Positions 10,239-18,109 of a stretch of DNA of 24,895 bases are shown here, in pieces. Positions within the stretch are counted from its first letter, which is position 1. Every line of letters begins with the position of its first letter. The notes beneath the pieces were generated by a model, which had not been told where the DNA came from, made no database searches, and saw only the letters and a list, made by a program, of their open reading frames with translations. Origin of the DNA: a virus (Duplodnaviria; Caudoviricetes); the IMG/VR virus record IMGVR_UViG_3300036982_000202, positions 1 to 24,895 of that record; one strand, given 5' to 3'. Position numbers and translations under genes: made by a program.

Positions 10239-10360
10239 GTGCTGTATCAATTGGGATGGTGACGCTAGCTGGTTTTGCTGGAATAGCAATAGGGCTAGTT
10301 ATTGGCGTAGGGTTTCTTCTTTTTCTGACCAACGCTTTACGGCATCTAGCAAACCATTGA
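10235..10360 (+). CDS. Small single-pass membrane protein (41 aa)
   Basis: MSAVSIGMVTLAGFAGIAIGLVIGVGFLLFLTNALRHLANH. ATGA overlap with the upstream stop. Not in the ORF track. Confidence 0.6.
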   Translation: MSAVSIGMVTLAGFAGIAIGLVIGVGFLLFLTNALRHLANH

Positions 10361-10385
10361 AGCACACTAAGCCTAAACCAAAAAA

Positions 10386-10628
10386 GTGAACACGCTTTCA
10401 GACGATATAGCTCGGTGTGACGGTGACTGGTATGAAGACGGTGCGGATTCATGCTGGCGTGAAGGTTGCGAAACCTGCCTGCGGAGAACTGCCTATCGTC
10501 CAGAATACTACTCACTGATTGACCCTCCTGCTATCCTTGCCTTTGAATGCGAATACCTAATTGAACCCGTAACTCCACCAAGCAGTGAGCGTAGAGAGGC
10601 ATTATTATCGCTTTTAGAAAAATCTTAA
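10386..10628 (+). CDS. Small Cys-rich putative zinc-binding protein
   Basis: GTG start; DIARCDG...C..EGCETCLRR...CEY cysteine pattern. Confidence 0.6.
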   Translation: MNTLSDDIARCDGDWYEDGADSCWREGCETCLRRTAYRPEYYSLIDPPAILAFECEYLIEPVTPPSSERREALLSLLEKS

Positions 10629-10638
10629 TCAAACCATA

Positions 10639-10881
10639 ATGGAAAAGCGATTTACAAAGATAGTTACCAATCCCACTACTGGACGCAAAAGAACCGTAAA
10701 GTTTGGTCAAGCAGGCAAGGCAGCAGACGGTGGTGATCGCATTCGTCCAGGTACTGCTAAAGGTGATTCGTATTGCGCTAGGTCAAACGGAATCAAGGGC
10801 GACTGGCGTAGTGATAAGAACTCACCGAATAACCTGTCACGCCGCAAATGGAAGTGCAAGGGAGATAAATCAATGAAATAA
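10639..10881 (+). CDS. Small basic conserved phage protein
   Basis: TVKFGQAG...SYCARS.GI...SPNNLSRRKWKC pattern, recurrent in small proteins of aquatic phages. Confidence 0.75.
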   Translation: MEKRFTKIVTNPTTGRKRTVKFGQAGKAADGGDRIRPGTAKGDSYCARSNGIKGDWRSDKNSPNNLSRRKWKCKGDKSMK

Positions 10882-10885
10882 CTCT

Positions 10886-11053
10886 ATGAAGAATTTAAAA
10901 ACAAAAGTCGCAAAAGTCATGGGCGAGTACAAAGCTGGAACACTTCACGCTGGGCGTAATCCAAAGGGGCCGAAGAAAGCACCAATTGTTAAAAATCGCA
11001 AACAGGCAGTAGCTATCGCTCTCAGCCAAGCAGGAATGTCAAAACGTAAATAA
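10886..11053 (+). CDS. Small basic protein, DUF6496-like (55 aa)
   Basis: MKNLKTKVAKVMGEYKAGTLHAGRNPKGPKKAPIVKNRKQAVAIALSQAGMSKRK. KVxKVMxExKxGTLH and KQAVAIALS motifs. Not in the ORF track. Confidence 0.8.
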   Translation: MKNLKTKVAKVMGEYKAGTLHAGRNPKGPKKAPIVKNRKQAVAIALSQAGMSKRK

Positions 11054-11057
11054 ATCC

Positions 11058-11189
11058 ATGAAAAAAAGTAAATCAGGAAGTTGTAATCACGAAAAGATGG
11101 AAAACAAAGGAAAAGGTAAAGGTAAGGGCTACGTCGAGATTGAAATCAAGATGGGTAAAATGCCGAAAAAATCAGCTAAACGCAAATGA
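11058..11189 (+). CDS. Small Lys-rich protein (43 aa)
   Basis: MKKSKSGSCNHEKMENKGKGKGKGYVEIEIKMGKMPKKSAKRK. ATGA overlap with the next gene. Not in the ORF track. Confidence 0.65.
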   Translation: MKKSKSGSCNHEKMENKGKGKGKGYVEIEIKMGKMPKKSAKRK

Positions 11190-11389
11190 CCCCAATACCA
11201 AAACCAACGCTACAACAGGCAATCGACGGCATCAGCGACCGTGACGAGTTCAAAGCAATTGTATTATTTATCCGCGAAGAACGTGAAAAGTTCTTTGGTG
11301 ATCTTAGGTCAGCAGAATCATCCAATGACGTTATGAAGATTGCTGGATCAATTGCAGCACTTGATGAACTACTTTCAGTCTTGTCTTGA
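11186..11389 (+). CDS. Small helical protein of the portal-scaffold interval
   Basis: 67-aa ORF ending IAGSIAALDELL, of the kind often found between portal and scaffold genes. Confidence 0.7.
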   Translation: MTPIPKPTLQQAIDGISDRDEFKAIVLFIREEREKFFGDLRSAESSNDVMKIAGSIAALDELLSVLS

Positions 11390-11412
11390 CATCATCGTAA
11401 TCATGTTATAAC
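11386..11412 (+). promoter_or_regulatory. Sigma70-type promoter (extended -10)
   Basis: TTGACA 11386-11391; TGtTATAAC 11404-11412. The spacer to TATAAC is only 15 nt. Confidence 0.5.
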
Positions 11413-11418
11413 AAAGTC

Positions 11419-11491
11419 ATGCGCGGTTGTTCGTGCGTTTCATTGTTGTTGTGTTTAAAGCCTCCGAGCGTAAAAACTTGGAGGCTTTTTT
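11419..11491 (+). ncRNA. Candidate small RNA: 5' hairpin, U/G-rich single-stranded tract, terminator
   Basis: Bounded by the promoter and an intrinsic terminator. Hairpin ATGCGCGG-ttgt-TCGTGCGT; linker TTTCATTGTTGTTGTGTT. Confidence 0.5.
11457..11491 (+). terminator. Rho-independent terminator
   Basis: AAAGCCTCCGAG-cgtaaaaa-CTTGGAGGCTTT followed by TTT. Confidence 0.85.
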
Positions 11492-11557
11492 ACGTCTATA
11501 CCTATACATTACTAAACTACTTGACATGCTAATGGTTTAATGATTGACTTCGTGCAT

Positions 11558-11586
11558 CGCCAACGCAAGGCGTAAAACTAGCGTTT
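11558..11586 (+). promoter_or_regulatory. Predicted H-type pseudoknot in the scaffold leader
   Basis: CGCC (11558-61) pairs with GGCG (11569-72); loop AACGC (11562-66) pairs with GCGTT (11581-85), 1 nt before the ATG at 11587. Confidence 0.4.
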
Positions 11587-12636
11587 ATGACTAATAGCAC
11601 CAATCAAGCCACCGCTGAGGCTACACAATCAGTGTCAGATAACATCTCATTTGAAGAGCTTGTAGCTCGTAGAATCGGGAGAGAAGTTGCACCAGAGACG
11701 GAAGAAGAGTCCGAGGAGGAAGTAGTAGATACTGATGACGCTGAACTTGCCAGTCTAGAAGACGGAGATGACGCAGAGGAATCTACTGAAGAATCTGATG
11801 ACGAATCGGAAGAAACTCCAGAGGAGCATGAAGAAATAGACCTGCTAAGTCTTTCAACAGAGCAGATTCAAGAACTTGCCAAAAAAGGTAAAAGCCGACT
11901 ACTTCAACGAATTGGAGAGCTTACCGCCCAAAAGCGGAGCCTAGAGGAAAAACTTGCTGCTCAACCACTACTAGCCCCACTAGCGAATGGTGACAGAATG
12001 CCAGACGACATCCAAGCAATTGGAGATCTGAATGCACTGAAATCATTCCATGAGGAGATGGCAAGGACGTTGGAGATGACGGATGACATTCTTGACGAAC
12101 ACCAAGATTATGCTGATGACGATATTATCGTTGTTGGTGACAAAGAGTTCCCCAAGTCTAAAATCCGTCTAGCTAACCGCAATTCCAAAAAGGCAATTAC
12201 CAAGTACATCCCTGCAAGACAGCAGGAGATTGCAAAGGTTGCCGAGTACGGGGTGATGGAAAAGCAATACTTAGCAGCAGCGCAAAAAGAAGTTCCAGAC
12301 ATTGCGGACGAAACATCCGAGATTGGAAAGAACTATAAAGCACTAATTTCTGACCCGTTAATTTCTAAAATCAAACGAGACATCCCAGAGATTGGGATAC
12401 AAATAGAATACATCCTTGCACACGCATCAAAGTCTATCTTTGGAGGAAAAGTAAAGTCTATACAAACTGGAGCTGGGAATAAGTTGAAGGTGTCGCCACC
12501 CGCTTCCCCAGTTGGTTCTGGTTCGTTAAAGATTAACTCTAGCTTAAAGGCAAAGACTAAAGATGCGTACCATAGGTTTGAATCAACAGGATCTGTTGAA
12601 GATTGGGTTGCTTCCAGAATTGCTAGAATGAAATAA
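11587..12636 (+). CDS. Capsid scaffolding protein
   Basis: Highly acidic N-terminus, coiled coil (RLLQRIGELTAQKRSLEEKL) and basic C-terminal helix-turn-helix. Directly upstream of the major capsid gene. Confidence 0.8.
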   Translation: MTNSTNQATAEATQSVSDNISFEELVARRIGREVAPETEEESEEEVVDTDDAELASLEDGDDAEESTEESDDESEETPEEHEEIDLLSLSTEQIQELAKKGKSRLLQRIGELTAQKRSLEEKLAAQPLLAPLANGDRMPDDIQAIGDLNALKSFHEEMARTLEMTDDILDEHQDYADDDIIVVGDKEFPKSKIRLANRNSKKAITKYIPARQQEIAKVAEYGVMEKQYLAAAQKEVPDIADETSEIGKNYKALISDPLISKIKRDIPEIGIQIEYILAHASKSIFGGKVKSIQTGAGNKLKVSPPASPVGSGSLKINSSLKAKTKDAYHRFESTGSVEDWVASRIARMK

Positions 12637-12653
12637 TTTACCGAAATAATATT

Positions 12654-13637
12654 ATGCCTATCTCAAATACATATCAACCAAATGCCCCAACGGGCAAAAC
12701 CACCACTGGTTCCGCAGTGGCAAACCGTGAGGATCTCAGTAACGAATTGACGCTACTTGCTCCAGAAGAAACCCCACTACTTAGCCTTTGCTCAAAAGGC
12801 AAAGCTACCAGTACATTTTGTGAATGGACTGTAGACGGACTTGCTACACCATCAGCCGAAGGAATTTCCGAAGGTGTGGATGTTAGTTCGTTTGATGACA
12901 AGTTTGCAAATCGCGCTCGTCTTGGAAACTACACGCAAATCTTTCGCCGTGATTTCCTTGTGTCTAACTTACAACAAGCTGTCACCTCCGTTGGGCCTGC
13001 GAACGTAGCCCAGGCGGAAGCTAAGTCGATGAGAGAACTCAAACGTGATGTAGAATTTGCAATCTGTTCGGACAATGATCGTTCTGTTGAAAACGGTATG
13101 GGAACTCCTTACAAACTGCGTGGTCTTGGCAACTGGTTGGCTTCCGCTAGCCCTGCTGATGTCCCATCTACATACCGCACACCTACTGGCAGTATCTTGA
13201 CGGCTTCTCCTACAGAAACTACGTTTAACGATATTATTGCTTCTATCTTCACGGTAAATGGCGAGGCTAATAACCTAACGCTACTTGCAAGTGTTGCGCT
13301 TCGCAAGGTTGTTGCTAACTTTACTCGTAGTTCTGCTGCTGCAAGCTCTGAGGCTGTTTATAACGTCGCGCAAGATGCATCTTCTAAAAAGGTTACGCAC
13401 TCTGTTCAAGTCTACGATTCCGATTTTGGTATTGTTAACGTGATTAACGCAAACCCATCTTGCCTATCTGGTAACAAAGGATTTGTGATTAACCCTAAAT
13501 ATCTTGGATTTAACTCGCTTATCCCTATGGGTTCCACTCGTTTGGAAAACCAAGGTGGCGGTGAGCGTGGATTTGTTGATATGGTTGGTACGCTTGTTTG
13601 CAAGCATCCTGGCGCACACGGCAAGATTTCCTATTAA
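12654..13637 (+). CDS. Major capsid protein (SU10/DUF5309-like)
   Basis: NREDLS...PEETPLLS...EWTVDGL...EG.D...LGNYTQIF...ELKRDVEFA motifs; size and position fit. Confidence 0.9.
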   Translation: MPISNTYQPNAPTGKTTTGSAVANREDLSNELTLLAPEETPLLSLCSKGKATSTFCEWTVDGLATPSAEGISEGVDVSSFDDKFANRARLGNYTQIFRRDFLVSNLQQAVTSVGPANVAQAEAKSMRELKRDVEFAICSDNDRSVENGMGTPYKLRGLGNWLASASPADVPSTYRTPTGSILTASPTETTFNDIIASIFTVNGEANNLTLLASVALRKVVANFTRSSAAASSEAVYNVAQDASSKKVTHSVQVYDSDFGIVNVINANPSCLSGNKGFVINPKYLGFNSLIPMGSTRLENQGGGERGFVDMVGTLVCKHPGAHGKISY

Positions 13638-13663
13638 TCCTTAACCAATAAAACTAAAAAAAT

Positions 13664-14134
13664 ATGAAAGTTACTAATAACGAAGCTGGACGAGGATATA
13701 CGGATGTAATCGTGCTTACTGCTGCCGATCTTGCTGCAATTGCCGCAGGTGCAGGAACCAAAACCATTGGTATTATTCCAAAAGGTGGTGGTATTCGTGG
13801 TGCAAGCATTTCGACTAGCAAGACATTTGTTACTGCTGGAACCACTACTGCTGTTGCTGCAACTGGCGCTGTTAAAGTAGGTATTAGTGGTACTGATGCA
13901 AAGCATATTGCATCTGCTGTGCCTCCTGCAACTGTTGATACTGCTGCTCGCTTTAACAGCGGAAGTGGTTGGACAACTTACGTTGCTGGTGGTGCTATTG
14001 ACATCCCAACTACTGCTGCAATTCCAGTTATCCTAACGGTTGCTGCTGGTACAAGCACTGGTGCTTACTCGCTACTAGATGGTCAAATTGTTATCACTCT
14101 TGATATCATTGATCCAGTTGCAGCTAGTGCTTAA
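13664..14134 (+). CDS. Probable capsid decoration/cement protein
   Basis: Ala/Thr/Gly-rich beta-type 156-aa protein immediately after the major capsid gene and before a terminator. Confidence 0.6.
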   Translation: MKVTNNEAGRGYTDVIVLTAADLAAIAAGAGTKTIGIIPKGGGIRGASISTSKTFVTAGTTTAVAATGAVKVGISGTDAKHIASAVPPATVDTAARFNSGSGWTTYVAGGAIDIPTTAAIPVILTVAAGTSTGAYSLLDGQIVITLDIIDPVAASA

Positions 14135-14142
14135 TTAAAATT

Positions 14143-14180
14143 AGTGGGGGGTAGTAATCCTACCCCCTACTTTATTTTTT
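14143..14180 (+). terminator. Rho-independent terminator after the capsid genes
   Basis: AGTGGGGGGTAG-taatc-CTACCCCCTACT followed by TTATTTTTT. Confidence 0.85.
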
Positions 14181-14462
14181 ATGATTTCTAATGAGGCAAT
14201 GAATGATGCGTTGATTAAGGAACTTTGTTCTGGCCGTCAACTCATGGAAACAAAACAACACGTACGAGAGCTTTCTTGTGCAAAAGAAGCACAATCATTG
14301 CGTGGAACTACTACCGCAGCACTTGGAAAAGCAGTTGCAATAATTCCCTCGCATGAGTATTTTTTAATCCGTAATAAGTACGGAGAAGACGCATGGCATG
14401 ACCGTGGGTTTATCAAGAACTTCCAGAAATTTCATCCAGAACTTTCGCCAAATAAAGCATAA
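14181..14462 (+). CDS. Conserved hypothetical protein between capsid and adaptor genes
   Basis: VAIIP...KYG...FQKFHPEL pattern; TAATG overlap with the next gene. Confidence 0.7.
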   Translation: MISNEAMNDALIKELCSGRQLMETKQHVRELSCAKEAQSLRGTTTAALGKAVAIIPSHEYFLIRNKYGEDAWHDRGFIKNFQKFHPELSPNKA

Positions 14463-15472
14463 TGCAGACGAGAACCTACGCAGACCTATTCGAGCTAGTA
14501 TCAGCACTCTGCGGGGTCACCTTTGCGACTATAGAAGAACCTCGTATCCGCGCGTTGATGAACCGCAGGGCAGTACGGGCGTTTAAGTCTAGCAATTACT
14601 GGACACGGTTTATTAAGATCGGCGAGGAGCGCACCGTTTATGGTGGATGCATTCCATTTTTTCAAGCAGGTAAAAATACCATCGACTCGTTTTTACGAAT
14701 TTTTGCATACGCACCATATAGAACAAACGGTAGCCAAGAATATCAATACGCAGTTGGTCAAAGTGGTGCTGAGTTAGTTTCTGGTAATATAGTCCCAACG
14801 TCTGCATTTGTAGTTTATAAAAGTGCAATTAGCTTTTCCACAGCAGCAGGAGCAACGTCTTCCTCACTAACGTCATCGTCGCTGATACCAGAGGAATGGT
14901 TTGAATACATGGCGCACGGCACATACGCCGATTACCTACGAGCTGAAGGCCAGCAGGAAAAGGCAGCAGTAGCAGACGCTGAGGCTAGCGAAATACTACT
15001 CGACGAGTTAATGAAAATTGATGAGCAACATACTCAGACGATTATCTCAAAAAGAATCTTTACGAATATGAATATGCAGTCCCGTGAAGGTGGCGGCGGT
15101 GCAATGGGTGCAAGTAGTGGTTCTGGTGATCAAGTATTGTTCCCGCCAATCACGTCTGGGGATACATGGGGTGGGTTTACTTGGGAAATCACAAGTGTGG
15201 AGGCAGGAAATACAGACTATTTGGGAACTCTTACGCTTGCTCGCTTTGAACTTAAAGACCCATATGGTGCAGTTGCGTTATTGCTAACATCCCCAACTCA
15301 AATTACATTAAACAACACCGCAGCAAACTTATGGAGTGTGACTATTAACCCATTGACAATAACCCTAGCTGCAAATATTTACACTTATGGGTTGGAAACA
15401 ACAGACAGTATTACTGGGGTTAAAACCCAACTTGTTGGCACACTCACTGTGAATGTAGACCCAGTAATCTAA
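14462..15472 (+). CDS. Head-tail adaptor-like protein with an extra C-terminal beta (BppU-N-like) domain
   Basis: N-terminal adaptor-like region (TYADLFELV...IPEEWFEYMAHGTYAD), Gly/Ser linker, then GDTW...YTYGLETTD...GTLTV. Confidence 0.6.
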   Translation: MQTRTYADLFELVSALCGVTFATIEEPRIRALMNRRAVRAFKSSNYWTRFIKIGEERTVYGGCIPFFQAGKNTIDSFLRIFAYAPYRTNGSQEYQYAVGQSGAELVSGNIVPTSAFVVYKSAISFSTAAGATSSSLTSSSLIPEEWFEYMAHGTYADYLRAEGQQEKAAVADAEASEILLDELMKIDEQHTQTIISKRIFTNMNMQSREGGGGAMGASSGSGDQVLFPPITSGDTWGGFTWEITSVEAGNTDYLGTLTLARFELKDPYGAVALLLTSPTQITLNNTAANLWSVTINPLTITLAANIYTYGLETTDSITGVKTQLVGTLTVNVDPVI

Positions 15473-16998
15473 TGGCAAATATAACAGTAACAACGAGTGG
15501 TGGAGCAACCACACTAGTAAGTATTGGTTCGCGTGGGCCAGCGGGGCCAGCAGGTACAGGTGGCGGCGGAGGAGGCGTGACCAGCGTAGCCACTGGTACA
15601 GGGCTGACGGGTGGGCCAGTCACGACGACAGGCACGATCGCACTGGCAAACACGGCAGTGACGGCTGGACTTTATCAAGCTCCGTTCATCCAAGTCGATG
15701 CACAGGGGAGGTTGACAAAAGCACTAGACGAGCCATGCGACGACGAGATACACTTTTCTGGTGGTGCGTCGTTAAATACGACCAATATCCTCACGGCAAC
15801 AGGAGTTGCTGAATGGACTACGCCTGTTGTTTCTGCTGTTGCTCGCACAGGTATATTTTCGGGGATTACTACTGGTACTGATATTGCACTTATAGATACA
15901 TACACTTTCAGCTCAACGGCTGCGGTGAGTAATTTCTTACAAGTTACAGGTGGTGGATTTAATCACGTTTTTAACGTAGTCAAATCAGAAATCATCGTCC
16001 AATCATCGACTGAAATCATCACGAGACTGACGGGAAGTGTAACCAATTCATCAGGCACAGCACTACCAACAAGACCCGCGATTGCTATTTTTAGACGTGA
16101 GTCAACTAGTATTAATTTTACTTTAACTCTCAAAGTACAAAAGGAATTTTTATACACAGGCACGTCTCCTGTGGTTGTTACGGGCAGGGCGATCAGTCTC
16201 TCGACCACTCTGCCAAGTGCATATGAGTTTACCAATGCGACCCGCCCTACATCAAGCGGTACAAGTGCGCCAGCATCCAACAGCTTGATCACTTACAATG
16301 ATTTCCTGCGCGAACAACTTTTCTCATTGACCTCAGTTCGACGGTTGCGATTATATCAATATTTTTCTGCTAATTCTGGCACGGCAAGCCAGCTTGACGG
16401 TGATAATATATCTTGTGCTGCGGTAGCTTCTAGCAATGGTGGCATGACGTTTACGAGAATATTAACACACGCTGGAAGCGATACTGGCGGAAACACTAAA
16501 GCAACAGTTCCATTACTATTTTCAGTGATGGGTTGCTTTAATCTTGCAACATCAACCAACGCAAAAATAAGATTTTTAGTTGGAGTCGCTTCGGGAACTG
16601 CTCCCGCAGCAAACGTAAATGCATTAAGTGGGACTGGTGCTGGTTGGGAGATTTTTTATTCTAGCACAAACTCAAGAGTAGAGATCAGGTTAATCAACCA
16701 CAATAGTACATACAACGAGGGGACACCAGTAGCATTTCCAGTATCCTTTGCTGGCACGGCAAATGTAATCTTGGAAATTGTAGGCGACGGGACTTTGAAC
16801 TTATATGCATCAACTAGTACAGTAAGTGAGGGCATTTGTTTAAGACCATCTAATACTGCAATTTCAACCATGACTAATGCAGCAACCACAGGAAGGTATT
16901 CAAATAATTACACTACGCTTTCTGCCGTGGCTACAAATACTGCGCCAGTTAGCACTATTGGTATGAAAATTCAAGAGGTGATGGTGAAAGTATTCTAA
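15472..16998 (+). CDS. Tail fibre / receptor-binding protein
   Basis: Short collagen-like GPAGPAG, fibre motif GVTSVATGTGLTGGP...VDAQGRLT, T/S/A-rich body and beta-rich C-terminal domain. Confidence 0.75.
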   Translation: MANITVTTSGGATTLVSIGSRGPAGPAGTGGGGGGVTSVATGTGLTGGPVTTTGTIALANTAVTAGLYQAPFIQVDAQGRLTKALDEPCDDEIHFSGGASLNTTNILTATGVAEWTTPVVSAVARTGIFSGITTGTDIALIDTYTFSSTAAVSNFLQVTGGGFNHVFNVVKSEIIVQSSTEIITRLTGSVTNSSGTALPTRPAIAIFRRESTSINFTLTLKVQKEFLYTGTSPVVVTGRAISLSTTLPSAYEFTNATRPTSSGTSAPASNSLITYNDFLREQLFSLTSVRRLRLYQYFSANSGTASQLDGDNISCAAVASSNGGMTFTRILTHAGSDTGGNTKATVPLLFSVMGCFNLATSTNAKIRFLVGVASGTAPAANVNALSGTGAGWEIFYSSTNSRVEIRLINHNSTYNEGTPVAFPVSFAGTANVILEIVGDGTLNLYASTSTVSEGICLRPSNTAISTMTNAATTGRYSNNYTTLSAVATNTAPVSTIGMKIQEVMVKVF

Positions 16999-17018
16999 CT
17001 TATTATTGCACAAAATTT

Positions 17019-17390
17019 ATGTCACTACTAACTCAAAAATCACAACCTGACCAAGACCTCGCCGACAAGGACGCTGGCGTGTTCCGCGCTGCGACGGCAC
17101 TGCACTATGCTGCCACTGTACTCTCTGCCGAGAACACTCGTTTCTGGGGTGTACCTACTGACAGACTACTGGCAGTACTCAACGCCGATGTGCCGCTCAC
17201 GTTAGCTACGTTTGCCGCAAACTCAACAGCGGCAACTGCAATCAACGCACTACTCGACGATGTAGGTGCGCCAGAACTGAGCTACCGCGCACCTGTCACC
17301 GCTGGGCGTTCGGACATCGTGTTCGACGGCACTGCGTTTGTATATGTCGCACCACCAGCACCAGAACCAGAGCCAGAGCCAGAGCCATGA
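17019..17390 (+). CDS. Hypothetical protein, possible tail-fibre chaperone, with C-terminal Pro-Glu repeat
   Basis: Follows the fibre gene; ends APPAPEPEPEPEP. Confidence 0.55.
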   Translation: MSLLTQKSQPDQDLADKDAGVFRAATALHYAATVLSAENTRFWGVPTDRLLAVLNADVPLTLATFAANSTAATAINALLDDVGAPELSYRAPVTAGRSDIVFDGTAFVYVAPPAPEPEPEPEP

Positions 17391-17704
17391 TGAGAGTGCT
17401 GCTGGTCATGCTGATGCTAGCCACCTCTGCACTAGCAGAACGCACGGTGACGTTTGCATGGGACGCTACGCTCGATGCAGAGAGCTACATGCTTTATGTC
17501 AATGGATCACCTATAGCATCGACCAGCGACACGCAGATCACGGTTCAGATACCTGACGCTCGGACTGCTGTCAACGTGACCGGCAGCAACATTGCTGGTG
17601 AGAGTGAGCCGTCTGCAACGCTCATCGTGCCGCCTGCACCAAGCATCCCCAAAGGATTCAAAATTTCAAAAATCGTACGCACCACTACCGCCACACCAAA
17701 ATGA
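17387..17704 (+). CDS. Signal-peptide protein with fibronectin type III-like domain
   Basis: MMRVLLVMLMLATSALA signal peptide (AxA site); VTFAWD...YMLY...NIAGESEPS Fn3 signature. Confidence 0.7.
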   Translation: MMRVLLVMLMLATSALAERTVTFAWDATLDAESYMLYVNGSPIASTSDTQITVQIPDARTAVNVTGSNIAGESEPSATLIVPPAPSIPKGFKISKIVRTTTATPK

Positions 17705-17726
17705 ATCCGTCAACCTACATTGCTAA

Positions 17727-17915
17727 ATGAATCCGTTCGACAACACCAGCCTGCCAGTAAAGGCATTTGCGGGTATCTGTGCGCCCATTGCGAGCATGAT
17801 GACTGACCTAGTGCCAGCGGAGGTTAACCCGTGGTTACAGAGCATTGCATTCGTTGCGGCAATCATTGTATCGGTTCTTTCGGCATTGTCGATCATTCGG
17901 CAAAATCTTAAGTAG
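17727..17915 (+). CDS. Holin-like small membrane protein
   Basis: Hydrophobic segments, including WLQSIAFVAAIIVSVLSALSII; upstream of the endolysin. Confidence 0.55.
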   Translation: MNPFDNTSLPVKAFAGICAPIASMMTDLVPAEVNPWLQSIAFVAAIIVSVLSALSIIRQNLK

Positions 17916-17944
17916 TTGACAGGATAACCAAAATACACTAAACC

Positions 17945-18109
17945 ATGAATATGAATACGACAATCGTAGGCTTACTAGCAGCAATCTTCGCAGCCATCCA
18001 GAGCATCGTTCAGCAAGGCAACAGCATTGAAGATTGGAAGACATGGGCATTGCCAGCAGCACTCGCGGCACTAGGTTTCCTTGCTAAAGACCAAGAACCA
18101 ACGCTATGA
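17945..18109 (+). CDS. Holin-like 2-TM protein (54 aa)
   Basis: MNMNTTIVGLLAAIFAAIQSIVQQGNSIEDWKTWALPAALAALGFLAKDQEPTL; ATGA overlap with the next gene. Not in the ORF track. Confidence 0.7.
   Translation: MNMNTTIVGLLAAIFAAIQSIVQQGNSIEDWKTWALPAALAALGFLAKDQEPTL

Noticed and set aside
10026-10389. Track ORFs 10026-10238 (long form) and 10171-10389
   Set aside because: Better explained by the coupled ORFs 10092-10238 and 10235-10360.
11417-11443. Minus-strand mini-ORF MKRTNNRA opposite the candidate sRNA
   Set aside because: Only 8 codons with no evident minus-strand promoter; it follows from the anti-start tract.
11521-11549. Second TTGACA upstream of the scaffold gene as a promoter
   Set aside because: Perfect -35, but the hexamer at 17-nt spacing is TTGACT, a poor -10. 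Possible but not supportable.
17355-17387. CCAGAG tandem repeat
   Set aside because: Simply encodes the Pro-Glu tail; not a CRISPR array or regulatory repeat.
17916-17944. TTGACA before the second holin-like gene
   Set aside because: TACACT is only 12 nt downstream and there is no good -10 at 16-18 nt.
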